From NCBI GenBank assembly GCA_900540385.1, contig UQFY01000001.1, positions 11,344-75,343 on the forward strand: a stretch of DNA of 64,000 nt, in the 5' to 3' direction. Made by a program: the position numbers and the translations under genes. Of this stretch, positions 1 to 9,544 are shown piece by piece. The first letter of the stretch is position 1, and each line of letters begins with the position of its first letter. Source of the stretch: an uncultured Mollicutes bacterium. Lineage in GTDB: Bacteria; Bacillota_I; Bacilli_A; RFN20; CAG-826. Under the pieces are notes generated by a model. The model was not told the origin of the DNA, ran no database searches, and was given only the letters and a program-made list of their open reading frames with translations.

Positions 1-1624
1 TATCCACAAAAGAATTTGGAAGAGGGGTACCTGTTAACGCAAGTTTGTAAATAGGTGGTTCAGCGCATCCTGTAAGTAAACTAATAAACGCTTTCGAGCG
101 AATCCCGACTATAGACTTTAGCTTGTGTATTTCGTCAAAAATGAGCAAGGTTTTGGAATCTAATGCTCTATTTTGTAATAGTTTTGCTTTTTCAGGAGAA
201 GAGAGCCATTCATAATTAAAAAGATAGACATCGTACTTATTTTTATCTAATGCTCTGACATAGTCTGATTTGTGCTCAGTTATGTCGAAAAAAGCCAATT
301 TTCTTTTTCCTTCGAAGATGGCGTTTCCTTCGTCCTTCCATGCTCTAAAACAATTTAGAGGGCCAAATACGACGATATGATTTGCTTTTTGACCATCCTT
401 AAAATGATGCGACAAATAAGCGAACAGGCCATAAGAAATATATGTTTTTCCAGTTCCAGGGACGGAATAATCTGCTGATGACTGCATAGCGAAATGGAAA
501 AAAGCGTTATCCATTTGCCTGTCTTTCAATTTTCTCGTCATTTCTTCGTCGACGATATTTTTAAACTCATAAAAGGAATTGCTCCACAAATTCATGTTTT
601 TCTTGTCTTTTATCGCAACTCCAAGTTTGATTCGCTTTTCTAAATTAAGATCATTTTCATCTAAATATAATTGGGCTCCGACGCTCAAAATGTAATGGAT
701 ACCAAACGTTTTTAATGTTGGAAGAATGATGTCTCGAAGGACGTGAACGCTTAAATCATTGATGATATATGTGGAGTCTTCTTTTTCTTCCCATTTGCTG
801 CCAAATTTTGTTTTGAGCACCATCGGGCTTTTTAATAGCTTTTCATTTGAATAGTCTTTCAAACGAAAACTTTTATTTTCTTTATCAACATCGATAACAA
901 CGCAGTCTTTATAAACGTAATATTCCTCCTCGGAGCCAAATATCTTGTTTTTAGAATAGGATTTAAGCTTCTCGAATAATTTTCCGCAAGGATACTCGGT
1001 GTGGACGGAACCTGGGGAATATGTGTTGTTCCAGAGCTTTTCAAACATAGATATTCCATCATCAACATCTGGATTTTGTCCGCTGAAATTTGTGAAAACG
1101 TGAAAGTTTTCGGCATTCCTAAGAATTCCGCTGACTGTTTCATTACCTGAACCATCAAAATAAACTATGTTTCCTTTAGAATCTTCAAAAATACCCGCTT
1201 TGATATGACATAGGGCAGATTCGCTGTTCAACATAAAAGCAATTTTCACCTCGGCCAGGCCATGTTCGATTAGATAGCTGAGATTGCACACTTCAAAATC
1301 ATCCATTAAAAAAGAATCGTTTCTATCCATTTCTTTTGCCATGTCATCCATTTTGGTCTTGTATCCTTCTTCAATGTTTTTCATTTCTTCCGGAGATATT
1401 TGATTGGAAAAAATGAAACGGATGTGGCCCTTATTAGCAAAAAATTTATGCAATCCAGAACAAAAACTTTTTAAAATGGCTGAAGAAAAATAAGCAGAAA
1501 TCCTATCATAACGGTTAGAAACGGATAAGCAAGGAAGGTAAAAATCCTTCAATAGATTTGAGCCATCCGCTGAAGGATCGTATCTTCGCTTTAGAGGTAT
1601 TTCTTTTAAACTACTTAGTGGCAT
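1..1624 (-). CDS. PLD-family nuclease domain fused to SF2 (SNF2/DEAD-like) helicase; N-terminal ~540 codons only, gene continues beyond window start
   Basis: Minus-strand frame open from ATG (reverse complement of cat at 1622-1624) to position 1 with no stop; hand translation gives a phospholipase-D signature HIKAGIFED...FDGSGNET (HxK..D..GSxN) and ~250 aa later Walker A VPGTGKTY plus DEIH box (LLIFDEIHKLKS). Absent from ORF track because its stop is outside the window. Confidence 0.6.
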   Translation of the reverse strand, partial: MPLSSLKEIPLKRRYDPSADGSNLLKDFYLPCLSVSNRYDRISAYFSSAILKSFCSGLHKFFANKGHIRFIFSNQISPEEMKNIEEGYKTKMDDMAKEMDRNDSFLMDDFEVCNLSYLIEHGLAEVKIAFMLNSESALCHIKAGIFEDSKGNIVYFDGSGNETVSGILRNAENFHVFTNFSGQNPDVDDGISMFEKLWNNTYSPGSVHTEYPCGKLFEKLKSYSKNKIFGSEEEYYVYKDCVVIDVDKENKSFRLKDYSNEKLLKSPMVLKTKFGSKWEEKEDSTYIINDLSVHVLRDIILPTLKTFGIHYILSVGAQLYLDENDLNLEKRIKLGVAIKDKKNMNLWSNSFYEFKNIVDEEMTRKLKDRQMDNAFFHFAMQSSADYSVPGTGKTYISYGLFAYLSHHFKDGQKANHIVVFGPLNCFRAWKDEGNAIFEGKRKLAFFDITEHKSDYVRALDKNKYDVYLFNYEWLSSPEKAKLLQNRALDSKTLLIFDEIHKLKSIVGIRSKAFISLLTGCAEPPIYKLALTGTPLPNSFVD

Positions 1625-2870
1625 CTTTGATTTCTTGAATTTTGCTCTCCACGGCATCAATTCTGCTTAATAATTCTTCTTTTTCGGAGCTCTTCAAATT
1701 TTGCACAGTTGAAAGTTCTATGGCGTTTAACGCTTTTAAAACGTTTTCCATTGCCTTAGCTGGACCGTTTGCCTCTTTTTCAATTTGCTGTTTGAAAACG
1801 CCATCTCTATAAGCTTTATTCAAAATGCTTTCCAAAGCGCTTTTATCCCTTGCCATTTGTTCACTTTCCTCTGGGGTCGTCGCTTGATAATCGATCTTGG
1901 ATACAACTTTAAGAATTTTGTTGCTTACGTCAGGGGTGTCCACGGTTTCTTTAAAAACATGGTATAGCGCGTCTTCCTTGACTGCGGAATTGAGCAATTC
2001 TCTCGTCTTTCTAGTCCTGTCCCCCGTTTGATCTATGGTCATGGCAGAATAGATATAAAACTTTTTCTCATTCCATTCTTCTTCGGACATTTTCGTTCTC
2101 TTTTTGGCAATGTCTTCGATTGGACCATCTAATTTTTCGTTTTTGAGAATATAAAAGGCCTTTGGCTTTCCTCTCCAATCAAGATAATCCAACATGGTTT
2201 CGACAACCGCTGTGTTCGTTTTAAACTCGTTGGCCTTCATTCCTGAAGCGTGGCAATAGGTTTTTTCATCGCAAAGTTTCGTTAACGGATTCATCACATC
2301 TTTATAGAAACTGACCAAGAAATCGATACGGTTATAGTCTTTCTTTTCATCCACGTCGAACTGAAGATTTAATTCGAGAAGTTTAATTGCAAGCCAAGCC
2401 GCTTTGTCGTTTTCTTGGGGAGCGGGAAGACAAACCGCTTCAAAGAAAGCAAATTTTAAATCGCCGGTTTCTTTGAAAAGTTCGCGCAGCGCGGTGAAAC
2501 GTCTATTGCCATCGATGATGCGCCCGTCCGAAAGAATTACACCTGGCTGTTGTTGTCCCTTTGCGCGGATATCCTCTTTTGTTTTGTTGAATGAAACCAA
2601 ATTGTCGGACGAGGATTCTTTGATAAATCCTGCAATAACATCGTTATATTTCTCTTTATCGCTTTTGAGCAACTCTTTTAAAGGAGAATTGTTATGGTTT
2701 TCGTCGTATTCTTCGATATATGTGGATATACGACCATTCATGTCGTTGTAATAAAGGAGATTTAATGGAATTTTGTAAGAAGCATATTCGCCAGGCATGC
2801 CGTTAATCGTTAGTCGTTTGGGCAAACCTTTCTCGCACTTGTTTAACTGCTCTTCTGTAATGATAACCAT
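1611..2870 (-). CDS. ParB/Srx-like nuclease-domain protein (DUF262/ParB N-terminal fold)
   Basis: 419-aa ORF with motif DGRIIDGNRRFTALREL resembling the ParB-type GxxRxxA/DGQQR box; 3' end overlaps start of downstream PLD-helicase gene by ~14 nt, same strand. Confidence 0.55.
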   Translation of the reverse strand: MVIITEEQLNKCEKGLPKRLTINGMPGEYASYKIPLNLLYYNDMNGRISTYIEEYDENHNNSPLKELLKSDKEKYNDVIAGFIKESSSDNLVSFNKTKEDIRAKGQQQPGVILSDGRIIDGNRRFTALRELFKETGDLKFAFFEAVCLPAPQENDKAAWLAIKLLELNLQFDVDEKKDYNRIDFLVSFYKDVMNPLTKLCDEKTYCHASGMKANEFKTNTAVVETMLDYLDWRGKPKAFYILKNEKLDGPIEDIAKKRTKMSEEEWNEKKFYIYSAMTIDQTGDRTRKTRELLNSAVKEDALYHVFKETVDTPDVSNKILKVVSKIDYQATTPEESEQMARDKSALESILNKAYRDGVFKQQIEKEANGPAKAMENVLKALNAIELSTVQNLKSSEKEELLSRIDAVESKIQEIKDATK

Positions 2871-2880
2871 ACTGTTCCTC

Positions 2881-3564
2881 CTAATTTTGTTGGATAATCT
2901 CTGCTATATATTTTTTGTTAAGCCAAAAAGATTGTTTTGAAAGACCAATGAACCTCGTATTGGCGTCTCTTTTTGGAAGATTGGCTAAATCCATGGAATT
3001 TCTTCCATGCGGCCTTACGTGACATACTTTCGTATCTTTTTCTTTCGGAAAATTCAGGACTATATTCCCTTTAGCATTAATTTGATTTACCACGTTGCCA
3101 GATAAAAGAATCTCTTTCGTCTTTAACCAAACGGGTTTTACTTCACCATCCAACGTCTTTTCTGACATTTTCCATAAGAAAACTTTTTGAAGAAAAACCT
3201 GCCTATTCTCTTTTTCTTCAAAAACAAAAAATAGGAAACGATATGAAAAATGCTTTCTTAGGGTAGAACTCTCCCATTTTTCTTCGATTAAAGAAGAGAA
3301 ATCCATGGTTGGAAAAGACATAGATTCGTTAGGTATGCCTTGACAATCGGTTTGAATCGTCTTTACCCAGATGGATTCATGTTCTAACAAAGCTTTGCCG
3401 TATCCCGCACCTTTGTAAGAATCGATTAGTTTATTTACTAATAAGGCGTTTCTGGACTTGGATTTAGAAACCATTTTCGTAAGGCGGGCCAAGTCATCAA
3501 AGCTCATGCCAATATATCGCTTTAAAAACTCTATTAAAGAGGATGTTTCTTGCTTGAAATCCAT
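2881..3564 (-). CDS. putative type II restriction endonuclease partner of the adjacent m5C methyltransferase
   Basis: 227-aa ORF immediately downstream of (1 nt after) the C5-MTase gene on the same strand; no strong recognisable catalytic motif by eye, call is by context. Confidence 0.35.
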   Translation of the reverse strand: MDFKQETSSLIEFLKRYIGMSFDDLARLTKMVSKSKSRNALLVNKLIDSYKGAGYGKALLEHESIWVKTIQTDCQGIPNESMSFPTMDFSSLIEEKWESSTLRKHFSYRFLFFVFEEKENRQVFLQKVFLWKMSEKTLDGEVKPVWLKTKEILLSGNVVNQINAKGNIVLNFPKEKDTKVCHVRPHGRNSMDLANLPKRDANTRFIGLSKQSFWLNKKYIAEIIQQN

Positions 3565-3565
3565 G

Positions 3566-4834
3566 TCATTTCTCCTCTTTCATAATTGGGATAATCACAT
3601 CGCCAATTCGTTTGACGATTCCGCAAACCAAAGCATTCCCCATCATGAAATAACGCTTTTTATATGGCATGGTATCAGTCCAGTTATCTGGAAATTGATT
3701 GATTCTTTCGCATTCGAGCGCACTTAATATTCTTCTTTTGCCTGTTTTCGGGTCGTCGATGATATGCGTAGAACGATTCACCGTTCCCTCACTTGTAAGC
3801 ATTGTTCTTGCGGGGCGATCTAAATAATCTGGGTTGGCTATCGGTCCCTCAGAATAATAGTATTTATGTCCATTTTTTGCCGTTCTTTCGATTTTTTTAC
3901 CGCCTTTTAAGTAATTAAACTTTTGAATAGCTTTCTCGGATAAGAACAACTCTTTTTTAACATCTCCGCGTTCAATTATTTCCCCCAACGTCGTTGGTTT
4001 TTCAAAGACTGGATTTGTTTTTGCTGTGTAAATGATTCCATCTATCATCAAACCGCTATTTTCAAAAGGGAACGCAAATTCTTTTTGCAATTCTAGGAGG
4101 TCCTTAAAAACCTTTTTGGAAATGTCCGTTTTCTTAATTTTTATTTCTTCTTTTTCAATGGGAAAGGCTTTAGCAAAAACGCCGCTTTCTTTAAAAACGT
4201 TCTCAGGACTTAAATCAATGATATTTCTATAGAATAAAGTGGTATTTCTATAGGCAAAAATGAACGTTCTTCTTCTGCGTTGAGGGAAACCATAATCGGC
4301 TGCATTAATAACTCTATATTCAACCGCATAGCCTTGCTCTGCAAAGCAACGAAGAATGATTCCAAAATCACGACCACGTTGTTTTGAAGGGGCCTTAATT
4401 AAACGGTCAACATTTTCTAACAGCACAAAAGGAGGATGCTTTGCGACAAGAATTTCGTTTATCTGCCACCAAAGTACCCCTTTTTTCCCTTCAATTCCTT
4501 TTTCATGCGTCAAACTTCTTGCGACAGAATAGTCTTGGCAAGGGAAACCGCCTGTTAAAAGAGTGTGCTCAGGTATTTCAAGGTTTTTATCTACCTTACA
4601 AATGTCCTTGTTGGAGTTGTGCTTAGATGGGAACCTAGTATTGTAACAATCAAACGCATATTGAGTTTTCGTTGAGGGCTCCCATTGATTTGCCCAAACG
4701 AATCTTACTCTCTCTCTCTCTCTCACCGCGCCGTTTTCGAAAGTGACTTCATTTAAGCCAACTCGGAAACCGCCAACTCCTGCAAAGAGTTCGATGGCAG
4801 TAGGTGTGATGGATGTATTGGTTCTTTTTGTCAT
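3566..4834 (-). CDS. DNA (cytosine-5)-methyltransferase
   Basis: Classic C5-MTase motifs in order: FAGVGGF (motif I), GFPCQDYSVA (PCQ, motif IV), ENV (motif VI), QRRRR (motif VIII), GNA (motif X). Confidence 0.9.
   Translation of the reverse strand: MTKRTNTSITPTAIELFAGVGGFRVGLNEVTFENGAVRERERVRFVWANQWEPSTKTQYAFDCYNTRFPSKHNSNKDICKVDKNLEIPEHTLLTGGFPCQDYSVARSLTHEKGIEGKKGVLWWQINEILVAKHPPFVLLENVDRLIKAPSKQRGRDFGIILRCFAEQGYAVEYRVINAADYGFPQRRRRTFIFAYRNTTLFYRNIIDLSPENVFKESGVFAKAFPIEKEEIKIKKTDISKKVFKDLLELQKEFAFPFENSGLMIDGIIYTAKTNPVFEKPTTLGEIIERGDVKKELFLSEKAIQKFNYLKGGKKIERTAKNGHKYYYSEGPIANPDYLDRPARTMLTSEGTVNRSTHIIDDPKTGKRRILSALECERINQFPDNWTDTMPYKKRYFMMGNALVCGIVKRIGDVIIPIMKEEK
4708..4724. repeat. (CT)8C dinucleotide simple-sequence repeat inside the 5' coding region of the m5C MTase (encodes VRERERVR)
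   Basis: ctctctctctctctctc read directly at 4708-4724; lies ~33 codons into the MTase ORF, downstream of motif I. Confidence 0.9.
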
Positions 4835-5397
4835 GTTAATTTTTACTAAATCGGCAAGGACACGATCGAAAACGAATAAATGTAACGATCGGCCCTTAAC
4901 GTTTTTACAAAACTAATTATAGAAGATAATTCTCGATCTTTAAGCGATTTTTTAGTCTTTGAAAAACGCTTGGAGCTGAAGAAATGCAAAAAGCGATGTC
5001 GTAAAGCTGATATCAGACCTTTTGCTTTCCGCTCAGCATGAACTGACTTTGCTTTTGACGTACGAATGAAGCAAAAGACCTTAAGCCAAAACAAACTATG
5101 AAGTATTCTTGAATCAAATCATTTTCTTTCTACGTTTTTTACGAATTTAAGTATACGATTCATAAAACAACGTCTTTTTTACTGCCCTATGCGATTGCTG
5201 ACGTTGGAAAGCCCAGTACTGCCTGAAAATGAAAAAACCAGCGTTCTTGCTATGATTTTTTACAATGCGCTTATAAAAATGCTCCCATGTTGTTTTCTAA
5301 AAAAGAGCAGGGGGTGCCGAATGGCACTTCTATGATTTTTCTTGTGTCGCTAAAATTTTCTAAATTCCCCATCCACTTATTGAAAAGGAGCTTAAAA

Positions 5398-6153
5398 ATG
5401 AAACGCAAAACGCTTAAAACGACGTTGTTATCTTTCATGATAATCCCTTTACTCGCTTCCTGCGGGCAGAAGGAACATAACTTTGATAAATCAAAGGAAG
5501 AAAGCACCTATACCATTACCTTTGATAGTAAAGGAGGAAGTGAGGTAGCAAGTATTTCCGCTCCAGCAGGCGCAAAAATTGAAGCGCCAGCTTCCCCAAC
5601 AAAAGAAGGTTTTCTTTTTGCTGGTTGGTATGAAAGCAATGATGGTGGAGCAACTCTAGCAGAAAAACCTTTTGAATTCACCTATATGCCTGCAAGATTT
5701 TTCACTCTCTATGCTAAATGGGGCTTTGATAGCATCAAAGGAAAAACCTTTAAGCACACGTCCTCGGTTTTAACTTGGAGTGGAACGGAAGAAGAAAAGA
5801 AAGCCTTCCTTGGGGAAATGGGGTTAACGGAAGAGCAATATAAGAAGATGAATGAAGCCGCGATTATCAACTTTACCTTTGATAAGGTAGAAGAAAAGGC
5901 TTCGGCTACCTTTGGCGTGGAAATGGAAGGAGAAACGAGTTTAGATAACTGTACCGTTCTTTATAAACTCACTGGAAATATCATCGTTTTCTATGATTCC
6001 GAAGAAGACTTAAAAGTGGGTCTTCCTGCTCATAAATATGGTTTATTTGCGGGTGTAACCTTTTCCCTTTCGCCTGACAGATCCCAAATGATTCTTACAG
6101 GAGTCACAGGAATCTTGAAACTAGAACATATTCTCTCTGTCGTAAAAGAATAG
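5398..6153 (+). CDS. lipoprotein with Listeria-Bacteroides repeat (Flg_new) domain
   Basis: Start chosen at ATG 5398 with SD aaaaggag 8 nt upstream (ORF track begins earlier at 5287); signal peptide + lipobox LLASCG; segment YTITFDSKGGSEV...PTKEGFLFAGWYESNDGG...FTLYAKW matches the Listeria-Bacteroides repeat consensus. Confidence 0.8.
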   Translation: MKRKTLKTTLLSFMIIPLLASCGQKEHNFDKSKEESTYTITFDSKGGSEVASISAPAGAKIEAPASPTKEGFLFAGWYESNDGGATLAEKPFEFTYMPARFFTLYAKWGFDSIKGKTFKHTSSVLTWSGTEEEKKAFLGEMGLTEEQYKKMNEAAIINFTFDKVEEKASATFGVEMEGETSLDNCTVLYKLTGNIIVFYDSEEDLKVGLPAHKYGLFAGVTFSLSPDRSQMILTGVTGILKLEHILSVVKE

Positions 6154-6215
6154 AAATATTCGATATAAACAGAGAAGAATGATGATAAATTCATCCCCAT
6201 TCCATAAGGAGGTGA

Positions 6216-6250
6216 TTACGCTACTGGGGAATAATAAATAAGTAGCGTAA
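6216..6250 (+). promoter_or_regulatory. perfect 10-bp inverted repeat hairpin (TTACGCTACT...AGTAGCGTAA) directly upstream of the RBS of the next lipoprotein gene
   Basis: Read directly; sits between two same-strand lipoprotein genes, no T-run after it, so terminator versus attenuator role unclear. Confidence 0.3.
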
Positions 6251-6257
6251 AAAGAGA

Positions 6258-8261
6258 ATGAAGAAGAAAAAACTATCCGCATTGGCTGTAACATTCTTCT
6301 TTCTTGCGACAGGCTCATTGGCTAGCTGTGGCAAGAAGAAGGAATCCAGCAGCCTTCCATCCGTTTTAGAAAGTGTTCATCAACACGATTTTTCTACTGC
6401 CTGGGCACATGATGAGACAAAACATTGGCACGCTTGCAAGGATACATCTTGCAATGAAAAGAAAGATTTAGCAGACCACAGTTTCGTTTGGAGCGAGAAA
6501 ACACCAGCATCTCTCCATACCAACAAAGTAGAAAAAGGAGTCTGCTCCGTTTGTAATTATGCAACCGAACGAACAGTAGAAAATACGGCAACCCATGAAT
6601 GGAGTGACGAGTGGAAGAAAGATGCAACTGGACATTGGCATGAAACAAGTTGCACTGACCATGATCCAATGAAGAAAGACTTTAGCGAACATCAAGGGGA
6701 ATGGACGGTTAAAGTTGAGGCGGCTTATCAACAAAATAGAGTAGACGAAAGAACCTGTACCGTTTGCGCCTTCCATGAAGAAAAGACCATTGAAGGAACT
6801 GCTCTTGCCTTTAAACCAAGAAGCATTACCGTCTCTCAAAGTGAATTCGTTTATAATGCAAAGCCTTATGCCTTAGATAGCTACATTACAACTGAAGATA
6901 AGGAAGGCATGCAAGTTGAATATAGAAAGAAAGGCACCGAAGCCTATTCAACAAGTGCACCATCTAACGTAGGCATCTATGAATATAAAATCACTCTTCC
7001 AAAAGCTGGAGAGTGGGATGCTGCCGAAAAAACGGGTGAAATGAAAATCGCCCAATACGAAGTGACATTGACAAAGAAAGAATTTTCTAGAGATTTAGGC
7101 TCTCAAGTTGTTGATGGACAAATCCAATTAGAAGAAATCGAAGTCAGTATCGACACTTCGACAAAAGAGAAAATAATGCTTACGCTTGATGCGTCTTTTG
7201 ATGTGGCGGGTGTTCAAAGCGTTCCTGCTACAGAATTAAAACTCGCCAATCCGAATTACGCATTAAATGTCGGGGAAATCACCGAAGTAACTTTGAAAAA
7301 CTACGATACTGCTGACTTCTATTGTGGTATCCAGGATATCTACACCTTCCCTAGTAAAGAGGGCGTCGCTATTCAAACGCAAATTGCTCGTGGAACACTC
7401 AAAGTCGGAGATTCTGTTTATATCCACGAAATCAAAAAGTCTGTGACTGTAACCGCTATGGAAGCAGAAAGAAAAAAATTAGAAAAAGCAACGGTCGGAG
7501 AAACCATCATGTTCCTCGTCACTGGCATTACCAAAACGGAAATTGCAAGAGGCTACACGGTAAGTAAAAAGGACACGCTATTGGAATACGATCGTGTTGT
7601 TGGGAATATTTATGTTTACACCAAAGATGAAGGCGGCAGACATACTCCATTAATGGATAGCACCAAGGAAGCATACCTTCCTACCATCAGGTTCGTAGAC
7701 ACTGGTTCGGAGAGAGAAGCAAGAATGTTCTTCCCGAAAGATACGACGATGATAATGCCAGGGGAAACAGTTGAGGGCGTTAGATTCTACTTCCCATACT
7801 CTATGCCTGCTTTCGTTGGACGTAGTTTTGTTCTGATAGAATCAGGAAGAACAATCGCCAAAGTCGAGATTACGGATGTTCATAAACACGATAGCAACTA
7901 CTATAGAGATGGTACTTGTAGAGACTGTTACTACGCTTCAGGGACTTCTTTGAATTTAACAGATAACAAAGTGGAAGTGGAGCGTAAATTCCTTAAAGAT
8001 GAAAATAGAATCTTCCTCCTCAAACTCACCGGCAATGGGAAGGGCGAAAGGACATATCGCTTCATACTTTCGGATACCACAAACTTCACAATGGTACTTA
8101 AAGCCACGCTTGGTAACACGATATACACCTTGACTAACAAAGGCGATTTCACCGTTGAAAATGATGGATATTACCATATCGCTATCAATATCACGGCTAA
8201 GAATCGTGGAACTTGTAAATTGACAGTATCTGAAGTATTCACCATTAAACCAATTGGTTAA
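6258..8261 (+). CDS. surface lipoprotein with N-terminal His/Trp/Cys-rich repeats and a C-terminal region homologous to EF-Tu domains 2 and 3
   Basis: Signal peptide + lipobox LASCG; aa ~360-540 (nt ~7340-7885) align convincingly to EF-Tu beta-barrel domains: RGTLKVGDSVYI, TVTAMEAERKKLEKATVGETIMFLVTGITKTEIARGYTVSK, IYVYTKDEGGRHTPLMDS...MIMPGETVEGVRFYF...GRSFVLIESGRTIAKVEI versus EF-Tu RGIIKVGEEVEI ... VYILSKDEGGRHTPFF...MVMPGDN...GLRFAIREGGRTVGAGVV. Confidence 0.85.
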   Translation: MKKKKLSALAVTFFFLATGSLASCGKKKESSSLPSVLESVHQHDFSTAWAHDETKHWHACKDTSCNEKKDLADHSFVWSEKTPASLHTNKVEKGVCSVCNYATERTVENTATHEWSDEWKKDATGHWHETSCTDHDPMKKDFSEHQGEWTVKVEAAYQQNRVDERTCTVCAFHEEKTIEGTALAFKPRSITVSQSEFVYNAKPYALDSYITTEDKEGMQVEYRKKGTEAYSTSAPSNVGIYEYKITLPKAGEWDAAEKTGEMKIAQYEVTLTKKEFSRDLGSQVVDGQIQLEEIEVSIDTSTKEKIMLTLDASFDVAGVQSVPATELKLANPNYALNVGEITEVTLKNYDTADFYCGIQDIYTFPSKEGVAIQTQIARGTLKVGDSVYIHEIKKSVTVTAMEAERKKLEKATVGETIMFLVTGITKTEIARGYTVSKKDTLLEYDRVVGNIYVYTKDEGGRHTPLMDSTKEAYLPTIRFVDTGSEREARMFFPKDTTMIMPGETVEGVRFYFPYSMPAFVGRSFVLIESGRTIAKVEITDVHKHDSNYYRDGTCRDCYYASGTSLNLTDNKVEVERKFLKDENRIFLLKLTGNGKGERTYRFILSDTTNFTMVLKATLGNTIYTLTNKGDFTVENDGYYHIAINITAKNRGTCKLTVSEVFTIKPIG

Positions 8262-8274
8262 AAGCATGAAACAA

Positions 8275-8303
8275 AGAGTGGGGCGTTTGCTCCACTTTTT
8301 TCT
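8275..8303 (+). terminator. rho-independent terminator after lipoprotein gene
   Basis: GC-rich imperfect hairpin agagtggggcg-ttt-gctccact followed by tttttt. Confidence 0.5.
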
Positions 8304-8559
8304 ATGCCCATAAATTGAATCTCAACATCTTGTTTTTGTAATGCTTATCTTGCCATATGATGCCAAAAACCAACGTTTCTCCCTTTCAAAACATTCTTCT
8401 ACATAATAATGCTCAAGGTAGACATAACAAATATTTTCAAATTAGCAAAAACAGCGAATATAACTGCTAAAAATACACGATAAAATAAAGAATGAGTTTG
8501 CAATTAGTTGAAACTTACCTTTTAAGAACTATAATTTTTTAAAGAAAAGAGGATGCTTG

Positions 8560-8729
8560 AATGCAAAATTTATTCTTAATCGGTGTCTTAAGCCTTGCGG
8601 TAATACTAACAAAGGGGGCTTCCGGTGGCAATGTGACCATTCAAAGTAACCTCTCTAAAACGAGCGGCTCTTTTAGAGCATACGCAAACATTGACGATGT
8701 CGAAAGCCTAATTTGGGAGAAATATTGAT
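8560..8729 (+). CDS. small (56 aa) signal-peptide-bearing ORF, overlapping the start of the next lipoprotein gene
   Basis: ATG at 8560 preceded by agagga SD; MQNLFLIGVLSLAVILTKGASG hydrophobic N-terminus; below ORF-track size cut-off. Confidence 0.3.
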
Positions 8730-9224
8730 ATGAATAAGGCATTTTGCATAGTTCCATTTATTTTTTTCCTGTTTTCCTGCCAGAATCAGAAAAGTGACCT
8801 TGAGATTTTGAAAGAAAATTCCTGCCTTCCTTTGGGAGGCGAACTTGAATCTATGAAAAACAGTTTGGAATTCGAGGAGAGAAGACAAGACGAATTCAAC
8901 GTTTATTCTATTAAGGCTGATAAACTGTACGAAGGAAGGAAAACCTATATCTATTTTAATGATGAAGGAGAATGCATCGGCCTTCTCACTAGGAATCCTT
9001 TCTATGGTTTTAACGTTTTTGGACTAGGGATTCACGATTCTTTTTATAGCCAATGGTATCCTCAAAAGGATAAAAAAGATGGTTGGCACGTTCTTGCTAA
9101 TGAATACAAGTATTACGAATGGCCTTTGGAGAATGCGAAAAACGAAGATGGAGAGGTTTGGTATGGAGCTACCAACCAAGATGAAACAATCCAATTAAAT
9201 TTCTCGATTGATTTCTCGGGCTGA
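8730..9224 (+). CDS. small lipoprotein, unknown function
   Basis: MNKAFCIVPFIFFLFSCQ signal peptide with lipobox. Confidence 0.65.
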   Translation: MNKAFCIVPFIFFLFSCQNQKSDLEILKENSCLPLGGELESMKNSLEFEERRQDEFNVYSIKADKLYEGRKTYIYFNDEGECIGLLTRNPFYGFNVFGLGIHDSFYSQWYPQKDKKDGWHVLANEYKYYEWPLENAKNEDGEVWYGATNQDETIQLNFSIDFSG

Positions 9225-9544
9225 GAGTATGATGAATCCACGGGCTGTATCCGTGCTTTAGAAGTGATTGTTAGTGAACGGTAAGCAAGAATATACGACA
9301 AAATGTTTTTGCCGATCATTTAAAATCAAATATGCTTCACCAATATTTAAAACGAAACCCTAGACCGCTTTTCTTGAGGGGCTTATCGTTTTTAAAAAAA
9401 GAATTGTTTTTCTTTTTTGTCTTCTATAATTTCCAATGGAAACGAATAACGTCATAAATGCATGGAAACAAATAACGTCATAACGACAAACAGAAATTCC
9501 TTGAATGTAAAAAACTGTGATTTCATTTAGGATAAAATAATAAT

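Noticed and set aside
859-1158. 99-aa ORF 859..1158(-) as a separate gene
   Set aside because: It lies in an alternative frame inside the much longer PLD-helicase reading frame that carries recognisable motifs; likely spurious.
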